NCBI GenBank assembly: GCA_028716065.1
Contig: JAQUQN010000004.1
Location: forward strand, 1-35,114
Length of the DNA: 35,114 nt
Direction of reading: 5' to 3'
Source: Candidatus Omnitrophota bacterium
GTDB lineage: Bacteria > Omnitrophota > Gorgyraeia > 2-01-FULL-45-10
Both the position numbers and the translations under genes were made by a program. The notes below the pieces were generated by a model. That model was not told the DNA's origin. It searched no databases and saw only the letters and a list, made by a program, of their open reading frames with translations. Numbering within the stretch: position 1 is the stretch's first letter; every line of letters starts with the position of its first letter. Positions 1 to 8,723 of this stretch are shown here, one piece after another.

Positions 1-1140
1 GTCGTTCGAGAAGAGGCTCACGGTGTGGCCGATACCTCCGTGAAAATTAAGGTCTATGCAGAGGTTGACGGCATGCTCGATATCATTGGCCGCATAAAAG
101 GCGAGTATCGGCGGAAGTATTTCGCACGAGAGAGGGCACTTTTTGCCTATCTCTTTTAAGGGCGCTATCAATAACCGCACATTGGAAGATACCTTGACCC
201 CGGCCATCTTGGCTATTGCCGCGGCGCTCTGCCCGACTATTGAAGCATTCATTATCCCGCGTTCGCTGTCGAAGGCGATTTTTTCGATCCGTTTTATATC
301 TTCTTCCGAAAGAAAATGGGCGTTATTCTGTTCAAAGGCCTCTTTGACCTTATCGGCTATCGCCCGTTCCACCACGATGGCCTGTTCGCTCGCGCAGATG
401 GTGCCGTTGTCGAAGGTCTTTGAATACATTATCTGTTCTACAGCAAATTTTATGTCGGCGCTCTTTTCTATGAATACCGGGACGTTGCCGGGCCCGACCC
501 CTATGGCCGGTGTACCGGAACTGTAGGCCGCCCCGACCAATGCCGCGCCTCCCGTGGCAAGGACGAGGGCCAGTTTTTTGTGGCTCATCAAGGCGTGGGT
601 CATTTCCATGGAGCTCTTGTCCAACCACTGTATACAGTCTTCCGGGGCGTCTTCTTTCATGGCCGCTTCATAACAGATACGGGCGGTTTCGTTGCTGCAT
701 TTAGCGGCTCTGGGATGAGGGCCGATTATTATGGGATTTCTCGTTTTTAACGCGCTCAGGATCTTGAACATCACGGTCGACGTAGGGTTGGTCACTGGGA
801 TGAGGGCGAATATAGGGCCCAACGGCTGGGCTATTTCCACGATCCCCTTTTCCTCGTCTTCCGATATGATGCCGACCGTTTTGAGGTTTTTGATATCTTC
901 ATAGACGAACTGGGTGGCCACGACGTTCTTTATTACCTTATCTCTCCAGTTACCCAGGCCCGTCTCCTCGTGCGCCATCTTGGCCAGTCTCACGCGGTTA
1001 TTGAATCCAACCTCATATACCGCCTTTACGATGCGGTCCGTCTTTTTCTGATCGAACTGGCTGAAGATGCCCGCCGCGCAGGACGCCTTTCCCATTATTT
1101 CGTTCACATCTTGCAAATTGGCAGTATTTGTCTTGTCCAT
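1..1140 (-). CDS. adhE: AdhE-type CoA-acylating aldehyde dehydrogenase, N-terminal ~380 aa, runs off the left edge
   Basis: Manual minus-strand translation from ATG at 1140 (SD GGGAGG upstream): MDKTNTANLQDVNEIMGKA...IPVTNPTST...LATGGAALVGAAYSSGTPAIGVGPGNVP...KTFDNGTICASEQ. No stop codon within the window, so it is absent from the ORF track. Whether an Fe-ADH domain is fused cannot be seen. Confidence 0.85.
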   Translation of the reverse strand, partial: MDKTNTANLQDVNEIMGKASCAAGIFSQFDQKKTDRIVKAVYEVGFNNRVRLAKMAHEETGLGNWRDKVIKNVVATQFVYEDIKNLKTVGIISEDEEKGIVEIAQPLGPIFALIPVTNPTSTVMFKILSALKTRNPIIIGPHPRAAKCSNETARICYEAAMKEDAPEDCIQWLDKSSMEMTHALMSHKKLALVLATGGAALVGAAYSSGTPAIGVGPGNVPVFIEKSADIKFAVEQIMYSKTFDNGTICASEQAIVVERAIADKVKEAFEQNNAHFLSEEDIKRIEKIAFDSERGIMNASIVGQSAAAIAKMAGVKVSSNVRLLIAPLKEIGKKCPLSCEILPPILAFYAANDIEHAVNLCIDLNFHGGIGHTVSLFSND

Positions 1141-1192
1141 CGTACCTCCCTTGATTAAATCCATAGACATCGTTGCAGCATGGCCGGGTTAA

Positions 1193-1221
1193 ATTCTATC
1201 AGTCCGGCCGGTAAAAGTCAA
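1193..1221 (-). promoter_or_regulatory. sigma70-type promoter for adhE (TTGACT-17 nt-TAGAAT, extended -10 TG)
   Basis: The minus strand reads TTGACT tttaccggccggactga TAGAAT, about 50 nt upstream of the start codon. Confidence 0.7.
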
Positions 1222-1258
1222 TTTTTTACTACAGACTACCGGGCGCGAAAAAAATGTC

Positions 1259-1287
1259 TTGCATAAGTAGTTTATATTAAGTAGGAT
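1259..1287 (+). promoter_or_regulatory. putative sigma70 promoter for the plus-strand envelope cluster
   Basis: TTGCAT-17 nt-TAGGAT, followed by SD AGGAGGT (1297-1303) and ATG at 1310. Confidence 0.45.
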
Positions 1288-1309
1288 AGTATAAAAAGGA
1301 GGTAAGGAT

Positions 1310-1699
1310 ATGAGGAAGAAAAGATGGTGCCTGACGATCACTTTGATCTTCGCGTTCTGTTTTGCGGTTTCCTCCATTCTGGCCGAAGAGAACCAGGATG
1401 AACTGCGCTCGAAACTGAGAGACCTGGGCTACCAGAAGGAAAAACTGACCAGAGAGTATCAAAACCAGGTGGACAAGATATCCAGGGCTTCCGGAGATAA
1501 GCTGGCCGAGATAAAAGAAGAGTTTCACAGAAAGCGCGACGCCTGCCTGAACGACAAGAAGGACAAGCTCAATGCCGCCAAGAAGGATTATGAGACCAGG
1601 ATAGAGCCTCTGGCCGAAAAGGAGAAAGAGATCATACAGAAATTGGCACCCGAAGGCGGGTCCAATTTTGCGAAATCCAAATCGGAAAAGAAAAAATAG
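1310..1699 (+). CDS. secreted coiled-coil hypothetical protein
   Basis: Strong SD, Sec-type signal peptide, K/E-rich helical body. Confidence 0.8.
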   Translation: MRKKRWCLTITLIFAFCFAVSSILAEENQDELRSKLRDLGYQKEKLTREYQNQVDKISRASGDKLAEIKEEFHRKRDACLNDKKDKLNAAKKDYETRIEPLAEKEKEIIQKLAPEGGSNFAKSKSEKKK

Positions 1700-1708
1700 G
1701 AGGAGTAG

Positions 1709-2167
1709 ATGGGCCGGACGATCGGAAGTACTTTAGCGGTAGTCGCGTTCCTGGTTTTCAGCGCTTCTTTTTCATATTGCCTCGTAGTGGAGCCGGAGAT
1801 ATTCGTCGATGAGTATAACGCGGCCACGGACCTGCAGCGCGCTCAGATGGACGACCAGTACCGGTATGTCGAAATGAATGTCAGCGGCACGATAAAGAAT
1901 GTCGAGGACTGGGACACCTTCGATGAGAGGACCGATACGAGCAGGCATTATTACAGGGTGACGCTCGATACCACCGCGAGCCCGAAAGGCGTACCTTACG
2001 AGATACTGATCTTCTCGAATGATAAGGACAAGGTGAGCATGCTCAACAGGGGAGAGAAGATGCATTTTACCGGGACTTTCCTGAAGATCATAGACCAGCG
2101 GCTACTCTATTCGATATGGGTGTATAACGGGGAGTTGACGGAAGAAGATAAGGTAATGTTCAGGTAA
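1709..2167 (+). CDS. exported hypothetical protein, probable OB-fold (tRNA_anti-like)
   Basis: SD AGGAG and N-terminal hydrophobic segment. The beta-strand pattern VSGTIKNV...YRVTL...LNRGEKMHFTG resembles extracytoplasmic OB folds. The family call is inference. Confidence 0.6.
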   Translation: MGRTIGSTLAVVAFLVFSASFSYCLVVEPEIFVDEYNAATDLQRAQMDDQYRYVEMNVSGTIKNVEDWDTFDERTDTSRHYYRVTLDTTASPKGVPYEILIFSNDKDKVSMLNRGEKMHFTGTFLKIIDQRLLYSIWVYNGELTEEDKVMFR

Positions 2168-2177
2168 GAGAGATGCT

Positions 2178-3608
2178 ATGAAACGGATTTTAACTTTAAT
2201 AATAATCTCAGTCGCCCTTCTATTATATATGGGCGGATCTTCATTTTCCGAAGACGCAAGCGGGACAAAGGCGCCTGCCGTCCAGGGGGAAGGGAAATCT
2301 GCCGGTACAACAGCCGGGGATAAAAACACTTCGAACGGAACTAAAAAGGACGAGATAAAGAAACTTGAGGAAAAGGTAGAGGCGACGAAAGAGATCATAA
2401 AGAATAAAGAAAACACCGTGGACGTCGCCAGGATCGAGGTTGAAAAGGCCCTGGCCGAGAAAGAGGACATTGAAAAGACCGCCAAGTTAAAAGGAGAAGC
2501 CGCCGCGCTGACGAAAAAAGAGGCGGAACTTACGAAGAAAGAGGCGAAGGATACAGAGAATAAGGAGTTATTGAAAAAGGCCAGGGAGCTTGAAAAAGAA
2601 GCAAAAAGGCTAGAAAAAGAAGCAGAGCTTTACTATAAGAAATTGGGAGTAGTAGAATCGAAGGCGCAGATCGCCCTGGAGGGCGTAGCTACCAAAGAGA
2701 CAAATGTCCAAAGTCTAAAAAAAGCGCTCGAGTCCCTTGAGAGGGAGAAGAGCGAAAGGCGCAGCCTTTCGGAAAAACTCCTGGAAACCCTGAAGATAAT
2801 AGCGATAGGGATATTTTTCATATTATTCCTGAATGTGGCCATAAAAAGTTTTGAGAAACTGAGCTTCAGGAGCCACGTGGCCGGAGAAAGGGAGATAGTT
2901 CTCAGAATAAAGACCTTCGGAAAGATCCTCTACTGGCTATTGGCCGTATTCGCGCTTCTCATGGTCGTTTACGCCATACTGGAGGTTTTCGGGATAAGCG
3001 TAGCGCCGCTTTTGGCCGGGGCCGGCGTGATAGGCCTGGCGTTCGGGTTCGGGGGCCAGTACCTTATCCGTGACGTCATAAACGGTTTCTTCATTCTGGT
3101 CGAAGGCCAGTACCGGATAGACGATGTAATAAAGGTAGGGGAATACTCCGGCCTAGTCGAAGACGTCAATCTGCGGACCACTACACTCAGGGACCTTGAG
3201 GGCAGGGCCATCATCATCCCGAACGGCGAGATAAAGACGGTAGTCAACTTTACCAAGGAATATGCCCAGGCGCTTTTCGACATAGGCATCGCGTATAAAG
3301 AGGATGTCGACCGTGTCATAGGTGTCATAAAGGATATCGGCAAGGGTATGCGGCAGGACCCGTATTTCGGACGCCTCATACTGGATGATCTGGAGATGTT
3401 CGGCGTTGACAATTTTACCGACTCGGCGGTAATAATTAAATTCCGTATAAAGACATTACCGATAAGGCAATGGGAGGTCTCGAGGGAATTCAAAAGGCGC
3501 CTGAAGAACCGTTTCGACGAACTCGGGATAGAGATACCGTTTCCGCATCGTAAGATTTACTGGCAGGAGGATGGCGGTCGTCCTCGTAAGGGCCAGCAGA
3601 AACCCTAA
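2178..3608 (+). CDS. MscS-family small-conductance mechanosensitive channel with long N-terminal coiled coil
   Basis: C-terminal half has AGAGVIGLAFGFGGQYLIRDVINGFFILVEGQYRIDDVI...GLVEDVNLRTT...IIPNG...FDELGIEIPFP. Signal peptide and ~140-aa K/E/A heptad region at the N-terminus. Confidence 0.92.
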   Translation: MKRILTLIIISVALLLYMGGSSFSEDASGTKAPAVQGEGKSAGTTAGDKNTSNGTKKDEIKKLEEKVEATKEIIKNKENTVDVARIEVEKALAEKEDIEKTAKLKGEAAALTKKEAELTKKEAKDTENKELLKKARELEKEAKRLEKEAELYYKKLGVVESKAQIALEGVATKETNVQSLKKALESLEREKSERRSLSEKLLETLKIIAIGIFFILFLNVAIKSFEKLSFRSHVAGEREIVLRIKTFGKILYWLLAVFALLMVVYAILEVFGISVAPLLAGAGVIGLAFGFGGQYLIRDVINGFFILVEGQYRIDDVIKVGEYSGLVEDVNLRTTTLRDLEGRAIIIPNGEIKTVVNFTKEYAQALFDIGIAYKEDVDRVIGVIKDIGKGMRQDPYFGRLILDDLEMFGVDNFTDSAVIIKFRIKTLPIRQWEVSREFKRRLKNRFDELGIEIPFPHRKIYWQEDGGRPRKGQQKP

Positions 3609-3626
3609 AACCATAGGAGGGAGTAG

Positions 3627-3875
3627 ATGGCGAAGTTGGACGCGAAGGCATTCGGGCTCGCTTGCGGCATAATATGGGGCGCGCTCATGTTCATCATGGG
3701 CATGGCCGATGTCTATAGCACATGGGGAGACAGGTTCGGGTCCGTCATGGCGTCGGTATATATAGGGTACTCTCCCACCATCGTGGGGAGCATCATAGGC
3801 GGTGTATGGGGTTTCATCGATGCAGGTATAGGCGGAGCGGTACTTGCGTGGCTCTACAATAAATTTGCGAAATAA
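3627..3875 (+). CDS. small membrane protein, holin-like family
   Basis: 82 aa with SD GGAGG and 2-3 hydrophobic Gly-rich segments. The motifs AFGLACGIIWG...YIGYSPTIVGSIIGGVWGFIDA...AWLYN resemble a family often annotated as bacteriophage holin (recalled similarity, not searched). Confidence 0.55.
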   Translation: MAKLDAKAFGLACGIIWGALMFIMGMADVYSTWGDRFGSVMASVYIGYSPTIVGSIIGGVWGFIDAGIGGAVLAWLYNKFAK

Positions 3876-3897
3876 TATCGGGCTCGGAGTACAGACG

Positions 3898-3941
3898 ATC
3901 AGTAGGCCGTGATCAAAAAAAGCGGCCTGCTGATTCTTTTT
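3898..3941 (+). terminator. intrinsic terminator-like hairpin
   Basis: 12-bp stem ATCAGTAGGCCG / CGGCCTGCTGAT (one G-U pair), 13-nt loop, then TCTTTTT. Confidence 0.5.
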
Positions 3942-3955
3942 GTCTATTTGATGAG

Positions 3956-4660
3956 ATGATTGCGAAAAATCTGGTAATTGCAGTTTTATTCCTGACGGTT
4001 ACGCTTGCGGGCCTCGCGGAGTTGACAGCCGCGCCGTCCAACGGCACCCGCTTCCCGCCCGCCAGGAAAGTAGAATTGGGTTACGAATATAATGCCATGT
4101 TCGAAAGGCCTCTCGACCGCTCATACGGCGAGCTCAAGACACAGGACCATTTTTATACGGTCTCTTTCGGGGTCTCGGACTGGTTTTCTCTGGACGGCAA
4201 GATAGGAATAGGAGATGTTACCGCCAGCGCCAACGATCACCTGCCCAGGCTTGAATATAATACCGGGTTCGCCGGAGGGTACGGTTTCCGCATAAAGGCG
4301 TTCGACTACAAGAGATGGGGCATACGGCTCATAACGGGATTTCAGCACATCAGCGTCCATCCTCAGGACAGGAGCGCCGACGACGACAAGTATGAATGCT
4401 TTCTGGACGACTGGCAGGTTAGCGGCATAGTGGCCAAGGACTGGAGATCGGTGACGGCGTACGTGGGCATGAAAGGTTCGGACTGCGAGATAGTATATAA
4501 GTTGAACAAGCACGACAAGAAGCGCCGGTATTCCAAAGAACATCTCGGGCTCATAACCGGATTGGAATTATATTTTTTCGATAATAAAGCGCGCGTCAAT
4601 TTGGAAGGACGCTTTTTTGACGAGACCGCTCTTTCCGCCGCGGTATCGTACCTGTTTTAG
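3956..4660 (+). CDS. outer-membrane beta-barrel protein
   Basis: Signal peptide, alternating amphipathic strands, C-terminal aromatic motif ...VSYLF. Confidence 0.75.
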   Translation: MIAKNLVIAVLFLTVTLAGLAELTAAPSNGTRFPPARKVELGYEYNAMFERPLDRSYGELKTQDHFYTVSFGVSDWFSLDGKIGIGDVTASANDHLPRLEYNTGFAGGYGFRIKAFDYKRWGIRLITGFQHISVHPQDRSADDDKYECFLDDWQVSGIVAKDWRSVTAYVGMKGSDCEIVYKLNKHDKKRRYSKEHLGLITGLELYFFDNKARVNLEGRFFDETALSAAVSYLF

Positions 4661-4689
4661 AAAACGGTCCAAACCCAAGGAGGCATGGA

Positions 4690-5574
4690 GTGAAAAGAAG
4701 AACATTCTTCATTATGGCAGCGGCGCTACTTTGTGTTTTCTGCGCCGTGGCTGCAGTGGCAGTCTCATCTCTGGAGTATCAGCATGAAAGGACGAAAGAG
4801 CTGGTAGGCCTGGTCGATGACGCCGCTGGACTTGTAAAGGATAAAGGCGAGGCCGCGTTCCCTGAATTCAGGATCTCCGGCAGCAAATGGCTGACCGGCG
4901 ATACCTATATTTTCGTACTCGACCCGGAAGGCAACATGCTGGTCCATCCCGACGAGGCGCTTGAAGGAAAGAACGAAATGAACTTAAAAGACGCGAACGG
5001 AAAACCCATCGTCAGCATGCTCATAGAGACAGCTTCCGGCAAAGACGGCGAAGGATGGGTGCATTATCTATGGCCGAAGCCGCGCCAGATCGAGCCTTCA
5101 TGGAAGAGCGCTTTCGCGAAGGCCGTCACCGCTCCTTCCGGCAAGATATACATAGTGGGAAGCGGCTGTTACGACCTGAAGATGGAAAAGAAATTCATCA
5201 GCGATGTTGTCGATGAGGCGTCGAAACTGATCGAGAAGAAAGGCGCGAAGGCGTTCGCGGACATACGCGATAAGGCCGGAGCATTCACCTTCCTGGATAC
5301 TTATGTCTTTGTCGATACGCCTGACGGCGTGGAAGTGGTGAACGCCGCCTTTCCGTCAATAGAGGGCAAGAACATGATGAATTTCAGGGATGTTGGAGGG
5401 AAGTATGTCGTGATGGATTATATCAATGCCGCCCTTACCAAGGGCTCCGCATGGGTGGATTATCTCTGGCCGAAACCGGGCGAGACGAACCCATCGATAA
5501 AATATACCTACGTCAGAAAAGTAAATCACGGTAATGAGGTATTCATAGTCGGGTCCGGAGCGTACCTGGATTGA
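4690..5574 (+). CDS. exported protein with two tandem single-Cache (sCache_2-like) domains and no output domain
   Basis: Internal repeat TYIFVLD...EGKN..N.KDANGK...GWVHYLWPKP...IVGSG versus TYVFVD...EGKN..N.RDVGGK...WVDYLWPKP...IVGSG. Signal peptide present, no further transmembrane segment. Confidence 0.85.
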   Translation: MKRRTFFIMAAALLCVFCAVAAVAVSSLEYQHERTKELVGLVDDAAGLVKDKGEAAFPEFRISGSKWLTGDTYIFVLDPEGNMLVHPDEALEGKNEMNLKDANGKPIVSMLIETASGKDGEGWVHYLWPKPRQIEPSWKSAFAKAVTAPSGKIYIVGSGCYDLKMEKKFISDVVDEASKLIEKKGAKAFADIRDKAGAFTFLDTYVFVDTPDGVEVVNAAFPSIEGKNMMNFRDVGGKYVVMDYINAALTKGSAWVDYLWPKPGETNPSIKYTYVRKVNHGNEVFIVGSGAYLD

Positions 5575-5654
5575 GGCGCCGCCGGTCCTGTCACTTAGAA
5601 GGATTTTGTTATACGCTTTAAACAGATGATGCCTTGTAATTCAGATATTAAAAG

Positions 5655-6899
5655 ATGGATGCCTGTATGAAGAGACAAAAGATTCTGTTTCTTTTTCTTG
5701 CGGTTGTTGTCCTTGTTACGGCTTCCGGATGCGCGCATCTTCGTAACGCAGTGCCGAAAGACCTGACAGACTCGGCGGAGATAGCAGGCATGCCGGATAT
5801 CCGTTCATATTTCGATGACCCGAATCCTCTGGTCGAAAGAAGTCTCCTGGAGGCGATAAAGGAAGAGCCGAAAGGTGAATACCCTCTCAATGCCGAAGGC
5901 ATAAAGATCTATCCGATGCTTGCCCTATCGGGAGGCGCGGCGAACGGAGCCTACGGAGTGGGCCTCCTGAAAGGCTGGTCCGAGGAAGGCTCACGGCCGG
6001 TCTTCAAGGCCGTCACCGGAGTCAGCACGGGAGCCATCATCGCGGTCTTAGCGTTTCGGGGAAAGGATTATGATAACGAACTGGAGAAGTTGTATACGAC
6101 GGTTTCGACAAAGGACATCATGAAAGAGAAGGGATTGTTCAGCGCCGTTTTTGGAGACTCGCTGGCGAGCTCGAAACCGCTTGGGCGATACATCGCCTCT
6201 TTCGTGGATGAAAAACTATTGAAAAGAGTAGCCGAGGAGCACAGGCGCGGCCGCAGGTTATTCGTGGGAACCGTAAATCTCGACGCCCAGAAGTTCGTCA
6301 TATGGGACATGGGCGCCCTGGCCTGTAAAGGAGGGCCGGCAGCCGAGGAACTTTTCCAGAAGGTGCTCCTGGCATCGGCTTCCATTCCCGTTACCTTCCC
6401 ACCGGTCTATTTTAAGGTAGAGGCGGACGGAAAAGTTTATGATGAAATGCACGTGGACGGCGGCACCATGACCCAGGTATTTTATCTTTACGGATTTCTC
6501 AAGAACATGGAAGCCATGGCCAAGGCCGCGCATGTCAATCCGTCGAAGTTCAGGCCCGACCTTTACGTGATCAGGAACGGCTACGTCTCGGCCAACTGGG
6601 AGCAGGTGCGGGATAATCTCGCCTCCATCAGTTCCCGCGCCATCGATACGTTCGTTGACTCCCAGGCGGTAGGAGACCTATATAGACTATATGTCTTTAC
6701 GAAGAGAAGAGGAGGCACTTTTAACCTCGCCTATATCCCGCCCGATTTTAAGCCCAAGGCAAAAGAACTTTTCGACATGGCCGAGATGCGGCGCCTGTTC
6801 CTGAGGGGTTACCACGATGGCCTGAACGGCTACCAGTGGCACAAGACGCCTCCGGGTTTAAAGGAAAGTTCCGACGCCCAGGACTGGTCGACCAAATAG
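5655..6899 (+). CDS. patatin-like phospholipase lipoprotein (alternative start 5667)
   Basis: Lipobox ASGC, oxyanion loop SGGAANGAYG, nucleophile motif GVSTG, and DGG acid motif. Confidence 0.9.
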   Translation: MDACMKRQKILFLFLAVVVLVTASGCAHLRNAVPKDLTDSAEIAGMPDIRSYFDDPNPLVERSLLEAIKEEPKGEYPLNAEGIKIYPMLALSGGAANGAYGVGLLKGWSEEGSRPVFKAVTGVSTGAIIAVLAFRGKDYDNELEKLYTTVSTKDIMKEKGLFSAVFGDSLASSKPLGRYIASFVDEKLLKRVAEEHRRGRRLFVGTVNLDAQKFVIWDMGALACKGGPAAEELFQKVLLASASIPVTFPPVYFKVEADGKVYDEMHVDGGTMTQVFYLYGFLKNMEAMAKAAHVNPSKFRPDLYVIRNGYVSANWEQVRDNLASISSRAIDTFVDSQAVGDLYRLYVFTKRRGGTFNLAYIPPDFKPKAKELFDMAEMRRLFLRGYHDGLNGYQWHKTPPGLKESSDAQDWSTK

Positions 6900-6905
6900 A
6901 AGAGA

Positions 6906-8285
6906 ATGGCGAAATTCTCGAGATGCTTAATTCTTCTAGTTCTGGCCGTCTCGCTTGCGGGATGTGTGCACGATACGACGCGCCAGGCGGGCCTTCGTGC
7001 CTGGGCCGGCGAACTTCCTTTCGTTACACGCCAGATGAAGACGGCCGGATTCTGGATAGCGCGCCATCCCCATCCCGATAAAATCATATTGACCCCCAAA
7101 GAGATAACGTCTTATAACTCTTATATTACCTGTGACCTGGGACTTACCAACGATATTGCCAACGCTGCTCCCCGCTATTCCGGCGATTTATTATCCGGAG
7201 CGCTTAAGGAGGCGCTGAGTTCCGTCGAAGATAAGGGCCTTTACGATATCCACACTAGACCCGCGGGAAAGGCCTTTTTCGTACGAATGCAAAAGAAGAT
7301 GCGCCTGGAGGAGATAGGACCTGAAATAAATGTCAGATACGGTTTCATCAGCCGTTATTGCGACCAGCGCATCCTGCCTTCTGATGAGGGTCTCTTCGCT
7401 TCGCCCGACGATATCGATTTCGATGAATTACAGAATAGTTCCCTGGAGATAGGGGCCCCGGTCCTCATACTTCATGAAAGTAACGACGGGGCGTGGCTCT
7501 ATGTGGTGGCTGCGGCCAGTTCCGGATGGGTGAAGTCCGGCAACGTGGCGTTCTGTGATAAAGCCGTACTGGCCGATTATGTAAACAGAAGGCCCATTGC
7601 GGTCATGACGGCGAGCAAGGCCGATATCTACCTCGACCCTTCTTTAAGAGATCATTACGGTTATGTTCACATGGGTTTCGTCCTGCCGCTCGCCGAAGAA
7701 GGCGCCTCCGATGCGGTAAAGGTGATGGTGCCGTTCAGGGCCGACGACGGCAGGTTTACAGCTCGCGCCTGCTACATGAAAAAGGACGAAGTAAATATAG
7801 GATACCTTCCTTATACGCCGCGAACTATATTAGAGCAGGCATTTAAAATGCTCAATGCCCCTTACGGCTGGGGAGGCATGCGCGGCGAACAGGACTGCAG
7901 CATGTTCATCCAGGAAATATTCGGGACAGTGGGATTAAAGTTGCCCAGAAACTCCTCGGCTCAAGGAAAAGTGGGTTATCCCGCGGGTGAAATAGATAAA
8001 AATACTACAGATGAAGATAAATATGATATACTCTCAAAAAGGGCTATCAGCGGCATAACGCTTTTATACATGAAAGGGCACATCATGTTATATTTAGGCT
8101 CCGTCGATGGACGCCCGTATGCCATAAATGCCTTATGGGCTTACCGTGAAAAGCAAGGGGATGAGGAACTGACGCGTGTCGTGAACCGCGTGGCCGTGGC
8201 TGAATTATCGCTTGGCAAAGGCAGCGCGAAAGGTTCCCTTCTTAACAGGATCTCGTCGATTCGCATAATAGGTAATCCGCGTTGA
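6906..8285 (+). CDS. SH3-containing NlpC/P60 (C40) cell-wall peptidase lipoprotein
   Basis: Lipobox LAGC, PYGWGG...QDCS catalytic Cys, MKGHIMLYLG catalytic His, and an N-terminal SH3-type region (DFDELQNSSLEIGAPVLILHES..GAWLYV). Confidence 0.9.
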   Translation: MAKFSRCLILLVLAVSLAGCVHDTTRQAGLRAWAGELPFVTRQMKTAGFWIARHPHPDKIILTPKEITSYNSYITCDLGLTNDIANAAPRYSGDLLSGALKEALSSVEDKGLYDIHTRPAGKAFFVRMQKKMRLEEIGPEINVRYGFISRYCDQRILPSDEGLFASPDDIDFDELQNSSLEIGAPVLILHESNDGAWLYVVAAASSGWVKSGNVAFCDKAVLADYVNRRPIAVMTASKADIYLDPSLRDHYGYVHMGFVLPLAEEGASDAVKVMVPFRADDGRFTARACYMKKDEVNIGYLPYTPRTILEQAFKMLNAPYGWGGMRGEQDCSMFIQEIFGTVGLKLPRNSSAQGKVGYPAGEIDKNTTDEDKYDILSKRAISGITLLYMKGHIMLYLGSVDGRPYAINALWAYREKQGDEELTRVVNRVAVAELSLGKGSAKGSLLNRISSIRIIGNPR

Positions 8286-8330
8286 TATAACGGCGTTTCT
8301 GCCGTAGATTTTACAGGAAAGGAGGAAGGT

Positions 8331-8696
8331 GTGGTCATACTTGTAAAGAGTATAGGCGCGTTGATCATATTCGTGGGAGCGCTATGCATCTTGAACCCGC
8401 AGGCCATGAAAGGGCTGCTCTCTTTCTGGAAGGCGGGCAAGAGGGTATATGCGATAGGAATTATACGTCTGGTATTCGGCATATTATTTTTAATTGCCGC
8501 GCCGCAGTGTAAGGAGCCGTGGCTGATAAGGGTCTTCGGCGTCCTGATGCTCTTGAGCGCCTTTACCATTTTTTTCATGGGCCTGGAGAAGATAAAGGGA
8601 ATGTTCGAATGGTTCGATAAAAGGCCGTTATCCGTAATTCGTATACTGGCGCTTGTAGCTTTTGTTATAGGGGCTTTGATAGCATACTCGGCGTAA
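8331..8696 (+). CDS. 4-TM hypothetical membrane protein
   Basis: SD AGGAGG, GTG start, four hydrophobic segments. Confidence 0.75.
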   Translation: MVILVKSIGALIIFVGALCILNPQAMKGLLSFWKAGKRVYAIGIIRLVFGILFLIAAPQCKEPWLIRVFGVLMLLSAFTIFFMGLEKIKGMFEWFDKRPLSVIRILALVAFVIGALIAYSA

Positions 8697-8723
8697 AACT
8701 TAAAAGAAAGGAAGGATTTTGGC

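Noticed and set aside
143-1158. Short ORFs 143-526, 350-628, 510-704 and 970-1158
   Set aside because: They are shadows of the minus-strand AdhE-type gene, which has the recognisable motifs, SD and promoter.
3627-8285. Prophage lysis cassette (holin plus NlpC/P60)
   Set aside because: The genes are separated by unrelated genes, the peptidase is a lipoprotein, and no other phage genes are present.
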